This document shows, piece after piece, positions 1-9,128 of a stretch of DNA of 64,000 nucleotides. Origin of the DNA: an uncultured Gammaproteobacteria bacterium (GTDB taxonomy: Bacteria > Patescibacteriota > Microgenomatia > UBA8517). The notes under the pieces are model-generated. The model was not told where the DNA came from. It saw only the letters and a program-made list of their open reading frames with translations, and made no database searches. Position numbers and translations under genes: made by a program. Location: assembly GCA_964599625.1 (NCBI GenBank), contig CAZRGC010000001.1, positions 179,388 to 243,387 of the forward strand, in the 5' to 3' direction. How positions within the stretch are numbered: position 1 is the first letter of the stretch; the number at the start of each line of letters is the position of its first letter.

Positions 1-2
1 CG

Positions 3-1073
3 TTAATATTCTTGTTTTTCTGGCAAAAATATAAAGTTAAAAATGCTGTTTTGAATTACGGATTATTGTTGGTTATTTTGCTGATTGTCGATAAGGTTTT
101 TTTCAGGTTCATACATGACGCAGGGTTTATATATTCAATATCTTCTCAAACAAAAAGTGCAGTTTTAAATTATACTTCCGCATCCGGATCTGCCTCGGCG
201 TTTCTAAGAGGAGGTGAAACCAACCTCCAGTTGGTTGAAATATTCAAAAAAATATTTTACAACCTGTACAACTTTTACAAGCTGCTGCCCAATATACTTA
301 ACCCTTATGTTTTTATTTTTTTCCTTATAGAACTCTTCAGGTATGATAAAAACAGGTTTTTGGTTAAACGCTTTAAAGTTGTGTCTTTGCTTATGGTCCT
401 TCTGACTTTCCTGGTTACTGCAATTAGCATTCCGTTCTATAGGTATATTCACCCGGTAATACCAATCGTTTATATAATTGGCTCATCCTTTATCGTGTGG
501 CTATTAACACAAATAGACCTTCCTGATTTATATCTGGTTGATAAATCACTTAGAGTAACTAAAGCTATGGTGAGTAGTCTTTTTTTGTCGTTGGTTATTG
601 TATTTGTTTCGGTAGGAAACACAACAGGTTTTATTTTGTTAGATTCCAGGTTTGAAAAAAGGAACAACAACATCGAATCCCCCCCTGTGTATTTTAATCT
701 TGCCCAATCAATGAAGGAAAATACAAACAAAGACGATATCGTTTTAACCAATCTGGATACGTGGGGGAGTTGGTATGGAGAACGCAAAACAGTTTGGTTC
801 CCGCTCGAACCGAAGCAAATTGTTAATAATAAAGATAACACTATTCCATTTAATGCCATATATTTAACCAGTTACTTAATGGATGATGAAAATTACAAAA
901 TGAGTGATTCTTGGAAGCAAATATTTGAAAATCCATCAAACCCTAAGATGTGGACTTGCGATGGGTGTGATGTGATTGCAAATCAATTTTATTTAAAAGG
1001 TATATATAACACAAAAGCCAGTGAAACTTACGAAAAACAAGAGGCCAAAGCTATTCTTCTGCTTAAAAAGTAA
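3..1073 (+). CDS. 5'-truncated polytopic membrane protein, GT-C (ArnT/PMT-like) glycosyltransferase with C-terminal extracytoplasmic domain
   Basis: Frame is open to the window edge; multiple hydrophobic segments; RYIHPVIP motif typical of GT-C C-terminal TM region, followed by a soluble domain; glycan-locus context. Confidence 0.6.
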   Translation, partial: LIFLFFWQKYKVKNAVLNYGLLLVILLIVDKVFFRFIHDAGFIYSISSQTKSAVLNYTSASGSASAFLRGGETNLQLVEIFKKIFYNLYNFYKLLPNILNPYVFIFFLIELFRYDKNRFLVKRFKVVSLLMVLLTFLVTAISIPFYRYIHPVIPIVYIIGSSFIVWLLTQIDLPDLYLVDKSLRVTKAMVSSLFLSLVIVFVSVGNTTGFILLDSRFEKRNNNIESPPVYFNLAQSMKENTNKDDIVLTNLDTWGSWYGERKTVWFPLEPKQIVNNKDNTIPFNAIYLTSYLMDDENYKMSDSWKQIFENPSNPKMWTCDGCDVIANQFYLKGIYNTKASETYEKQEAKAILLLKK

Positions 1074-1805
1074 ATGTCACTTTCTGATACGCAAATTATA
1101 AAAAAGCTAAATATCAAAAATTCGGACAAAGTTTTGGATATAGGCGGTAGCATGAAACAACACAGTGAAATATTTGTGAACACACTGGCTGACATAATAA
1201 GACCTGAAGAAGCCCCGTATACAAAATCAAAGTTAAAAGCTAAAAAATTCGTCCGAGTTGATATTACAAAGGAGAAACTTCCGTTTAAAGATAAAGAGTT
1301 CGACGTAGCACTTTGTACACACGTATTGGAAGATTTGCCGACGCCTTTTCCTGTAATCTCTGAAATGCAACGTGTTGCAAAAAGGGGATATATATCAACA
1401 CCCTCAATGGGTCGAGATATGATTTTTTCTCATTATAATCTTACGGATTGGGAAACAGGAGGGCGACGAGTTCCTGGGTGGTCACACCACAAGTGGCTCT
1501 TTTACAAATCAGGGAAAAACATGTATATACTTCCGAAAAATTACGGCGTTTTGTATTCATCGGAGTTTCATTTTACTAATTGGTCTGGGAATGACGAATT
1601 CCAGTATTTTTGGACGAAAAGCATTAATTATAAAGAGATTAAAGATTTAAACGTCCACCTTCTTATTTCCCAATATCGAAAGTATGTACAAAAAAATATC
1701 AGATATTTGACCAAGGGAAGGCCATTGTTGTATTTTGACAATCCACTTTTTATATTAAAAGAGTTTGTCAAAAAAATGGTTTTAAGAAAACTAAAAACCG
1801 GTTGA
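1074..1805 (+). CDS. Class I SAM-dependent methyltransferase (Methyltransf_11-like)
   Basis: VLDIGG motif I, LPFKDKEFDVALCTHVLED, EMQRVAK. Confidence 0.8.
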   Translation: MSLSDTQIIKKLNIKNSDKVLDIGGSMKQHSEIFVNTLADIIRPEEAPYTKSKLKAKKFVRVDITKEKLPFKDKEFDVALCTHVLEDLPTPFPVISEMQRVAKRGYISTPSMGRDMIFSHYNLTDWETGGRRVPGWSHHKWLFYKSGKNMYILPKNYGVLYSSEFHFTNWSGNDEFQYFWTKSINYKEIKDLNVHLLISQYRKYVQKNIRYLTKGRPLLYFDNPLFILKEFVKKMVLRKLKTG

Positions 1806-1901
1806 GTTATTGATGTCTAAAGTTTTAACAAATGCTATATATTCGTATGCAAGATCTGTTCTAATGGAATTGCCTACTCTTCTTGTGAGAAAATAATCGA
1901 G

Positions 1902-3968
1902 ATGAAACTTGTCGTTATTCAAAGCTTGCTGTCTCCATACAGGTACCCACTTTTTGATGTATTGTCATATGTTTACGACTTGGAGGTGTGGTTCATGGGT
2001 CGTAGTGTTAAAAATAGAACATGGGACGGTTCCGACATAAAATATCATGTTTTTAAACACAAATTCCTTCAGGGCCTAACTATAAACATTGGCAAAGATG
2101 ATAATTACCCTTTTTGGATAAACTCAGGTATTCCGCTCATGTTAGTCAAAGCAAAGCCGGACGTGTTAGTTTTGTTTGGCTGGGATTCACTCACGTCATT
2201 TCTTGCGGTATTTTTCAGATTTTTATACCACAAAACGAAGATTGTCTTATTTTCCGAAAGCACAAAGTATGAAACAAGTTGGAGAAGGTCTGTAACAAAG
2301 CCTTTGGTGAAAATGCTCTTACGAAAAGTCGACTATTGTTTGGCGGCAGGTAAAAGATCGAAAGATTATTTAATGTCGTTGGGTGTACCCAAAGATAAAA
2401 TTGGCATAGCTCCAACAACAAATGATGTAGACAGATATGTTTTTCTAAAGGATAAATTTTCAAAACAAAGGCATGCCACAAGAACTAATTTGGGTTACCG
2501 CAAAGAAGATATTGTGATTATGTTTTATGGACAACTAATAAAGCGAAAGGGAGTAGATGTCTTGCTTAAGGCTTACAAAGAGCTGGTTAAAAACAACAAC
2601 TTAGCAAAATTGCTGATAATTGGTGATGGAAAAGCGAGGACAGATTTAAACGAATATATAAAATCACAAAACATATCTGGTGTAAAAATATTTCCTAATC
2701 CTGGAGATTTTGAGATCAATAAATATTATGCAGCCTCAGACATTTTTGTGTTGCCGTCGAGAAACGACACCTGGGGTTTGGTAGTAAACGAAGCCATGTG
2801 TGCGGGGCTTCCGGTAATTGTTTCTAACATGGTTGGGTCTGGGAGCGAGCTTGTTAATAAAGGTGTAAACGGTTTTATTTTCAAGTCTGAAGATGTTGAA
2901 GAACTGAAAAGTTATTTAGAAAAACTGATTTCAAGCAAAGAGCTTCGCAGCAAGTTTGGAAAAATGTCTTCGACGATGATACAAAATTTCAGGCCGGAAA
3001 ATACCCTAAAAGGATATATTGATGCTATTAAAAAAGTCACAAAAATTAATTATGGACAACAATATAATCTAAAGTTTTTAAATAAACCAAAAAAGGGATT
3101 GGTATCGGTTGTAATTCCTGTTTACAGCGACCCATCGGGTTTAACTGTTACATTGGAATCTTTAGGGGCAAAAAAGGTAGGCTTAGATAATATTGAAATT
3201 ATTGTTGTAAATGATGGCGGCAATTCCCAGGTGTCGGAGGTGCTTAAAAAATTTGAAGTTAAAGAAGTTGTCCTACAACAAAGAAAAGGATCCTATGGCG
3301 CCAGAAATGCCGGTGTAGAAATTTCTTCTGGAGAAAAAATACTTTTTATAGACGCAGGAGTAATTGCTTCCAAAAATTGGGTCAGTAAAAGTTCAGAAAG
3401 TCTAAACAATTTTGACTATGTTTGTGGACCAATAAACATAGCAAATCATAAAGGTTGGCTGGGAGTATATGAAGCAAACAGGGAATTCCCTGTCAAAGAG
3501 TTTCTGGACGATTTGCATTTTGCCCCAACGGCAAATCTGGGGGTAACCAGGAGGGTTTTGGAAAACTGCGGTGGTTTCGATGCTCGTTTGGAATCTTCGG
3601 GTGATTACGAATTTGGTAACCGTTTGTATTTTCAAGGAGGATATTCTCAGCTTTACGATGCGGAAGTGGTAGTTTTCCACAGCCCAAGAAGTTGGATGGA
3701 GTGGTTTTCAAAACACAGACGTTTAGCAAAAGGTTTTAGAGATCTATCTAGGTATTATCCCGAGCGTTTTTTTGGCGGAAGACTGGCAATTTATAAGTTG
3801 ACCCTAAAGGCGTTTACTCCACCTTTTTGGTTATTTTCAAAAAAAACTTGGAAAATTTTAAATTCCAAAAAAAAGTTGCAGGTTTTTTTGGTTACATACT
3901 TATTCTCTGCCTATCAGCATCTTTATGCAGCCAAATTAACATTTCTGAAGAAACCAACTGATAACTAA
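1902..3968 (+). CDS. Bifunctional glycosyltransferase: N-terminal GT4 plus C-terminal GT2
   Basis: GT4: GQLIKRKG, DIFVLPS..DTWGLVVNEAMCAGLPVI. GT2: VSVVIPVY, IIVVNDGG, GARNAG, LFIDAG, GGFD, GDYEF. Confidence 0.9.
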   Translation: MKLVVIQSLLSPYRYPLFDVLSYVYDLEVWFMGRSVKNRTWDGSDIKYHVFKHKFLQGLTINIGKDDNYPFWINSGIPLMLVKAKPDVLVLFGWDSLTSFLAVFFRFLYHKTKIVLFSESTKYETSWRRSVTKPLVKMLLRKVDYCLAAGKRSKDYLMSLGVPKDKIGIAPTTNDVDRYVFLKDKFSKQRHATRTNLGYRKEDIVIMFYGQLIKRKGVDVLLKAYKELVKNNNLAKLLIIGDGKARTDLNEYIKSQNISGVKIFPNPGDFEINKYYAASDIFVLPSRNDTWGLVVNEAMCAGLPVIVSNMVGSGSELVNKGVNGFIFKSEDVEELKSYLEKLISSKELRSKFGKMSSTMIQNFRPENTLKGYIDAIKKVTKINYGQQYNLKFLNKPKKGLVSVVIPVYSDPSGLTVTLESLGAKKVGLDNIEIIVVNDGGNSQVSEVLKKFEVKEVVLQQRKGSYGARNAGVEISSGEKILFIDAGVIASKNWVSKSSESLNNFDYVCGPINIANHKGWLGVYEANREFPVKEFLDDLHFAPTANLGVTRRVLENCGGFDARLESSGDYEFGNRLYFQGGYSQLYDAEVVVFHSPRSWMEWFSKHRRLAKGFRDLSRYYPERFFGGRLAIYKLTLKAFTPPFWLFSKKTWKILNSKKKLQVFLVTYLFSAYQHLYAAKLTFLKKPTDN

Positions 3969-3984
3969 ATTCAGGAGGAAGAAA

Positions 3985-4971
3985 TCACACGCCGTGGCCA
4001 AGTTCTCGTTCACTAATTTTTGAATATATAAAGTTTGGAGACACTACTGCAATCAAACCACCAATGGTTATTACAAAAATGTTAATAAGACCCAAAAAAA
4101 TACCCGGGATTATAAAAAAAGCGTCGGATGGCTTTTCTTTAAAAAGTATTACAGCATTTGTAAACAACCTATAAAGCTTCCAAGGTCCCAGAAAAATTGC
4201 ATTTCCTAACTTTTTGATTAAAGATCGTTTTTCAAAAACTTCCAGGTTGTCTGTAACGCCGAAGTCTGCCATGCGCACAAAATCCGCTCCGTATGCAAGC
4301 ATTCTGTAGAGCCAATCCAAAAAGTTGCCCGGAGGTGCATGATAACCCCTTGTGTGTGGAGCTCTGACAATTTTGAAATTTGATAATTTCAAAATTTTTT
4401 CCCAAAGCGGAATTTTGTTGCGGTAAAGCGGAACTTTGCTGGGTATTGGGTGTTCCAAAAGTTCTGTGCGGTATGCAGCAAAGTTGTTTAAAGGAAAGTA
4501 ATAAGTTTCCTCGGGGGATCTTGTTTTGTCGGATAGAAGCTGAACCATCCATGTCATATTCAGAGAAGCTCTGTAGACGGAATTTGTTTCCAATCTCGTG
4601 TCTCCGGAAACGATGAGTTTTTTGTTTTGATTCTCAAATGGTTTAAGAATGTTTTCCAGCCACTCTTTTTGGTATCTCATGTCCGAATCTGCATAAACAA
4701 TTATTTCACTTCTGGTGACTGCAGCTCCAAGCATTTTTGATTCAGTGTACTCCAGAGTTTTATCTGTTTTTGCGATTTTGATAAATTTGTATTTGTTTTT
4801 TAAGTAATCTTGAACCTTTTGTGACACATGACTGCCAACTATTATGTACAGCCCGTCTGATTTTTCAGGAGAAAGAGTTTGTTTGGCCAGAGAATCGAGA
4901 CTGGCTTCCAAGTCATCCATTTCGGCCATCCCTAAATTTTCCGTTTCCAAAACAACTGAAAATGTTTTCAT
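3985..4971 (-). CDS. GT2-family glycosyltransferase (divergent)
   Basis: FSVVLET start, SLDSLAKQT, EIIVYADSD (DxD), C-terminal hydrophobic segment. Confidence 0.75.
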   Translation of the reverse strand: MKTFSVVLETENLGMAEMDDLEASLDSLAKQTLSPEKSDGLYIIVGSHVSQKVQDYLKNKYKFIKIAKTDKTLEYTESKMLGAAVTRSEIIVYADSDMRYQKEWLENILKPFENQNKKLIVSGDTRLETNSVYRASLNMTWMVQLLSDKTRSPEETYYFPLNNFAAYRTELLEHPIPSKVPLYRNKIPLWEKILKLSNFKIVRAPHTRGYHAPPGNFLDWLYRMLAYGADFVRMADFGVTDNLEVFEKRSLIKKLGNAIFLGPWKLYRLFTNAVILFKEKPSDAFFIIPGIFLGLINIFVITIGGLIAVVSPNFIYSKISERELGHGV

Positions 4972-5018
4972 TGTTTAATTATACGATAGATAAACGTCTG
5001 GGGTGATAGAATGATTTT

Positions 5019-6308
5019 ATGCGAAAGTATGTAGAGAAGTTCAGAGATATGGCTGTTTCGGCAACCGCAAGAGACACTTATGTTTCGTTTGCAGGAAACC
5101 TCTTCTCAGCTTTTTGGGGATTTGTTTTCACTTTGATTGTGGCAAGGACAATGAGCGTTTCCGATTTTGGAGTTTTTTCGGCGGTTTTGAATCTTGTTAT
5201 CATACTATCCTCGCTTGCAGATGTTGGTATTTCCACAGGTTCTGTAAAGTTTATAGCTGAAAATTTTGCTAATGGTGACCATGCAGAAACGGACAAATAT
5301 ATAAAAGCATCATTCGTGGTTAGGATTTCAATTGTCCTTTTACTGTCACTGTTGGTTGGTATTTTTTCTCCTTTTGTTTCTGCTTCGCTTTTGGCAACGA
5401 GTAATCCTGCAATGGCTGTCTGGGCGGCAATTGTTTCTGTTTTTATATTTCCCGTTATGTTTTTCCCAAATGTTTTACAGGCCGAGAGGAAGTTTGTTGC
5501 TTCTGCGGTTTTGGACAATTCTTATTATTTGGGCAGGCTAATTGTTGCATTTTTCTTTGCTCATTTTGCCAACATGACCATGCAAAATGCATTCATTACG
5601 TTTGGGGTTGGTTTCCTTGTGTCAATTCTTTTAACTTATAAATATGTCGGCTTGAATTTTATTAAAGCAAAACCGGACAGAAGTATTTACCGAAATCTGA
5701 TTGGTTTTTCATGGTGGATAGCTGTGAACAGGATCATTTCTTCGATATCCGGTAGACTTGACGTGCAAATGCTGGCCGCCATGGCAGGTGCCCTTGCAAC
5801 CGGCCTATATTCCATTCCGTCTCGTCTGGCATCATTTTTAATTGTTTTGGCAGGCAGTTTTTCGGCAGTTTTGGCACCAAGATTTTCCGCCTTTAATGAT
5901 AAAAAGAAAGAGAGGGAGTATGTTATCAAGTCCACACTTGCACTTATCCCAATTACAGGTTTAATTGTGCTCTGGATTGTTTTTGCAAAAGAGTTTATGC
6001 TGCTACTCTTTGGAGAAAAATATTCAGACTCCACACCAATTTTGCAGGCACTTCTTGCCGCTCAGATACCGTTTTTGTTTACCGTTCCGTCGGTAACTGC
6101 AATTATTTACTCAATGAAAAAAACAGTCTATATAGGTGCTTTCTCCTTTTTCCAAATCACAGCAATGTTTCTTTTGAACTTTTTCCTTATTCCCAAATAT
6201 GGACCTTTGGGTCCAACTTTGACCTTTGGGGTGGTGAATATTATTTTGGTAATTTACACTTGGGCGATTGTCGTGAAGTATTACTGGGGGAAACCTCAGG
6301 TGAAATAG
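5019..6308 (+). CDS. wzx: Oligosaccharide flippase (Wzx/MOP superfamily)
   Basis: About 12 TM segments, VARTMSVSDFGVFS, DVGI, RLDVQML...GLYS pattern. Confidence 0.85.
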   Translation: MRKYVEKFRDMAVSATARDTYVSFAGNLFSAFWGFVFTLIVARTMSVSDFGVFSAVLNLVIILSSLADVGISTGSVKFIAENFANGDHAETDKYIKASFVVRISIVLLLSLLVGIFSPFVSASLLATSNPAMAVWAAIVSVFIFPVMFFPNVLQAERKFVASAVLDNSYYLGRLIVAFFFAHFANMTMQNAFITFGVGFLVSILLTYKYVGLNFIKAKPDRSIYRNLIGFSWWIAVNRIISSISGRLDVQMLAAMAGALATGLYSIPSRLASFLIVLAGSFSAVLAPRFSAFNDKKKEREYVIKSTLALIPITGLIVLWIVFAKEFMLLLFGEKYSDSTPILQALLAAQIPFLFTVPSVTAIIYSMKKTVYIGAFSFFQITAMFLLNFFLIPKYGPLGPTLTFGVVNIILVIYTWAIVVKYYWGKPQVK

Positions 6309-8155
6309 GATTCGTGCCACATTTCCAGCGACATCAATGACCAGATCCTTGGCCCAAAATCCTCGGTTCTGTTGTTGTCCTCCACCATATTTTTGAGATA
6401 TTCCGAGTCAAAAATCTCTGAAACAAAACTCCCCTTATTCAAAATTATATGAGAAGCGTATTTGTTTAATTTGCCGCTAAACCATTTCTCTAATGGGATC
6501 GTAAAACCAACCTTTGGTCTATACAAGTTTTCCTTGGGTACAATTTCCTCAAGTGCCTTTTTGAATATGTACTTTGTAACTCCGTTTTTAACTTTAAGGT
6601 CGAAGGGGATTTTGCAGGCAAGCTCAATAAACTTTTGGTCTAGTAGTGGGGATCTGGCCTCCAAAGATACTGCCATAGATGCAATGTCGACCTTGGTCAG
6701 AAGTTGGTCAGGCAAAAAATATAAAAGGTCGAATTTCAAGCCTGCATCCTTCATGTCTTTGCCTTTGAACATCTGAAAACACTTATTTACAATATCAAGC
6801 TGCCCCTTCTTGTATATCTCATCAAAAACTTTACCTCTCGAATAGTTTTCAAGCGACTCGTTCAAAAAAATTTGATTATAAGAAGCAAATCTTTGATAGA
6901 TTGGAAGTTTTGCCATATCAAAAAACTTCTGAGCTCTTGGTATGTTTTTAATGAAATAGGCTACAGCAGGTCTAATTTTTTGAATCCAAAAGTCATAGTC
7001 TACATCCCTTTTTAACCGAAGGTACCTGTTTGAATACCCTGCAAAATTTTCATCACCCCCGTCTCCGTTTAGGGCAACTGTCACATGTTTCTTTGTAAGT
7101 TGGGACACTATGTAAGTAATTATATTGCTGGCATCTGCGAAAGGTTCTTCATATTGTTTGGCTAAATAGGGCAAAAGTTCGACCGATTGAGGATCAACCG
7201 AAACAATATGGTGGTCAGTTTTGTATTTTTTTGCGATTGTCGCTGCAAATTTATCTTCAGACATGGTTTTGTCTTTGAAGGACACAGTAAAAGTCTTGAT
7301 CGGCTTTGTTGACAATCTTGCCATAGTTGCGACAACTGCACTGGAGTCAACACCGCCCGATAAAAACGCCCCAATGGGCACATCCGAAATCATTCTTAGG
7401 CGCGTTGATTCTTCAAGTGTTGATATTATTTCTTGACACCATTCAGATTCGGATAAATTCAGTTTCTCAAAGTACATTGGCTCCCAATATCTTTTTTTAA
7501 CAAAACTTTTGTTTTCAATATTTATAAAAATGTAATGTCCCGGTTCCAGCTTGTTTATTCCCAAAAACCCTGTAAGGGGAGATGGAACATAACCGTAAGT
7601 TAAATAGTCTGCGATGGCTTTATGGTCGACTTGTTTTTTGATACCGGATTGAGTAAGTATTGCCTTGAGTTCCGATGCAAAAATAAATACAGAATCGTTT
7701 ATAAAATATTTAAGTGGCTTTTTGCCTATTCTGTCCCTGGCTAAGAAAATAGTTTTTTCGTGGGAGTCATAAATTGCGAAGGCAAACATACCACGTAATC
7801 TTTCTAGGCATTTTTTGCCGTACTTGGAGTACAGTGCGAGTATAACCTCAGTATCAGAATAAGATTTAAATTCGTATCCTGACTTGGAAAGTTTTTCCCT
7901 TTCTTCCTGAAAATTATATATTTCCCCGTTGAAAGTTATCGTGTAGCGGTTTTGAAATGTCATTGGCTGGTGACCGTTTTGTGATAAATCAATTATCGCC
8001 AGTCTGTTGTTTCCAAACCCTACTTTTCTGTCTTCAGAAATGAAAATCCCACTATCATTCGGGCCTCTATGGTCCAAGGTGTGGACCATCTTGGATATGT
8101 CAGTTTTGGTTACTTCTCGCTTAGTAAAATATATTTTTCCTGAGATGGCACACAT
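6296..8155 (-). CDS. asnB: Asparagine synthase (glutamine-hydrolysing) family amidotransferase
   Basis: N-terminal MCAISG nucleophile, HRGPND, RLAIIDL, FNGEIYN, ARDRIGKKPL, LSGGVDSS, GDGGDE, KVDIASMAVSLEARSPLLD. Confidence 0.92.
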   Translation of the reverse strand: MCAISGKIYFTKREVTKTDISKMVHTLDHRGPNDSGIFISEDRKVGFGNNRLAIIDLSQNGHQPMTFQNRYTITFNGEIYNFQEEREKLSKSGYEFKSYSDTEVILALYSKYGKKCLERLRGMFAFAIYDSHEKTIFLARDRIGKKPLKYFINDSVFIFASELKAILTQSGIKKQVDHKAIADYLTYGYVPSPLTGFLGINKLEPGHYIFINIENKSFVKKRYWEPMYFEKLNLSESEWCQEIISTLEESTRLRMISDVPIGAFLSGGVDSSAVVATMARLSTKPIKTFTVSFKDKTMSEDKFAATIAKKYKTDHHIVSVDPQSVELLPYLAKQYEEPFADASNIITYIVSQLTKKHVTVALNGDGGDENFAGYSNRYLRLKRDVDYDFWIQKIRPAVAYFIKNIPRAQKFFDMAKLPIYQRFASYNQIFLNESLENYSRGKVFDEIYKKGQLDIVNKCFQMFKGKDMKDAGLKFDLLYFLPDQLLTKVDIASMAVSLEARSPLLDQKFIELACKIPFDLKVKNGVTKYIFKKALEEIVPKENLYRPKVGFTIPLEKWFSGKLNKYASHIILNKGSFVSEIFDSEYLKNMVEDNNRTEDFGPRIWSLMSLEMWHESYFT

Positions 8156-8222
8156 AATGTTCAGGTAATTCTATTGAAACTTTAAGAAAACTACAAACAA
8201 TATTTCAGCATAGAAATATCTT

Positions 8223-8250
8223 TTATGATAATCCGATTATGATAATCCGA
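8223..8250. repeat. Perfect 14-bp tandem duplication TTATGATAATCCGA x2 in the divergent asnB/GT2 intergenic region
   Basis: 8223-8236 is identical to 8237-8250. Confidence 0.9.
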
Positions 8251-8290
8251 CCCCATAGCTCAAGATCGGGAAAAAATATAAAATAAGCAA

Positions 8291-9127
8291 ATGAAAGTTT
8301 GGGGACATACTTTGGTAAAAAACGAAGGTAGGTGGCTGTGGTTTTCTGTAACCTCGGTAATAAACCACCTTGATAAGCTTCTTATTTGGGACACTGGAAG
8401 CACAGATGACACAGTCCGGATTATAACCGAGTTGAAAAAAAGGTATCCGGAAAAAATAATCTTCAAAAAACGCATAATTACCAAATTGCAGGATTTCGCA
8501 TTGGCTAGATCTGAAATGTTAGCAGAGACAAAATCTGACTGGTTTATGGTTTTGGATGGTGACGAAATTTGGTGGGAGGATTCCATCAAATCAGTACTTT
8601 CGAGAATTCAAGGCGATAACACAATCGAATCTGTTGTTACACCGACCATAAACTTGGTCGGTGACATATATCATTTTCAGGAACAGGCTGCAGGGAACTA
8701 CAATTTAGCTGGACGTATCGGGCACTACAACCTGAGATTTATAAAACGAGGCATTCCAGGTCTTGCCTCGGCGGGAAACCACGGAACATGGGGCTGGGTG
8801 GATGGGGAGAACAAAATGATTCAAGACAGGGATGTTTCAAAAATCGTTTTTGTAGATGCCCCCTATCTGCATGCAACCAACATAGAAAGGTCTTCTGACG
8901 TGTTTGGCGATACTGGAGTTATGAAACGCCCGGGAAAGCTTAAATACGATTTAGGAATAACTTTTCCTTTGGATTACTATTATCCGGAATCGCTTTTTTT
9001 ATGGAGGCCGGATTTTGTAAAAAGCCCATGGAAATCGAGGAGCAAAAAATTTATTATTCAATCAGGCCTTCAAACACCTTTACGGAAGGTAAAAAGAAGG
9101 CTTTGGTTTAAAAAGGTTGGTTATTAG
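8291..9127 (+). CDS. GT2-family glycosyltransferase (SunS/beta4-glucosyltransferase-like)
   Basis: LVKNE, DTGSTDDT, DFALARS, WFMVLDGDE. Confidence 0.85.
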   Translation: MKVWGHTLVKNEGRWLWFSVTSVINHLDKLLIWDTGSTDDTVRIITELKKRYPEKIIFKKRIITKLQDFALARSEMLAETKSDWFMVLDGDEIWWEDSIKSVLSRIQGDNTIESVVTPTINLVGDIYHFQEQAAGNYNLAGRIGHYNLRFIKRGIPGLASAGNHGTWGWVDGENKMIQDRDVSKIVFVDAPYLHATNIERSSDVFGDTGVMKRPGKLKYDLGITFPLDYYYPESLFLWRPDFVKSPWKSRSKKFIIQSGLQTPLRKVKRRLWFKKVGY

Positions 9128-9128
9128 C

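Noticed and set aside
3973-3978. AGGAGG Shine-Dalgarno-like hexamer
   Set aside because: Lies between two convergent stop codons with no credible downstream gene
8249-8325. Complete tRNA gene
   Set aside because: Only the first about 15 nt are tRNA-like; there is no D-stem 3' strand, anticodon arm or TTCGA T-loop, and the sequence runs into a CDS
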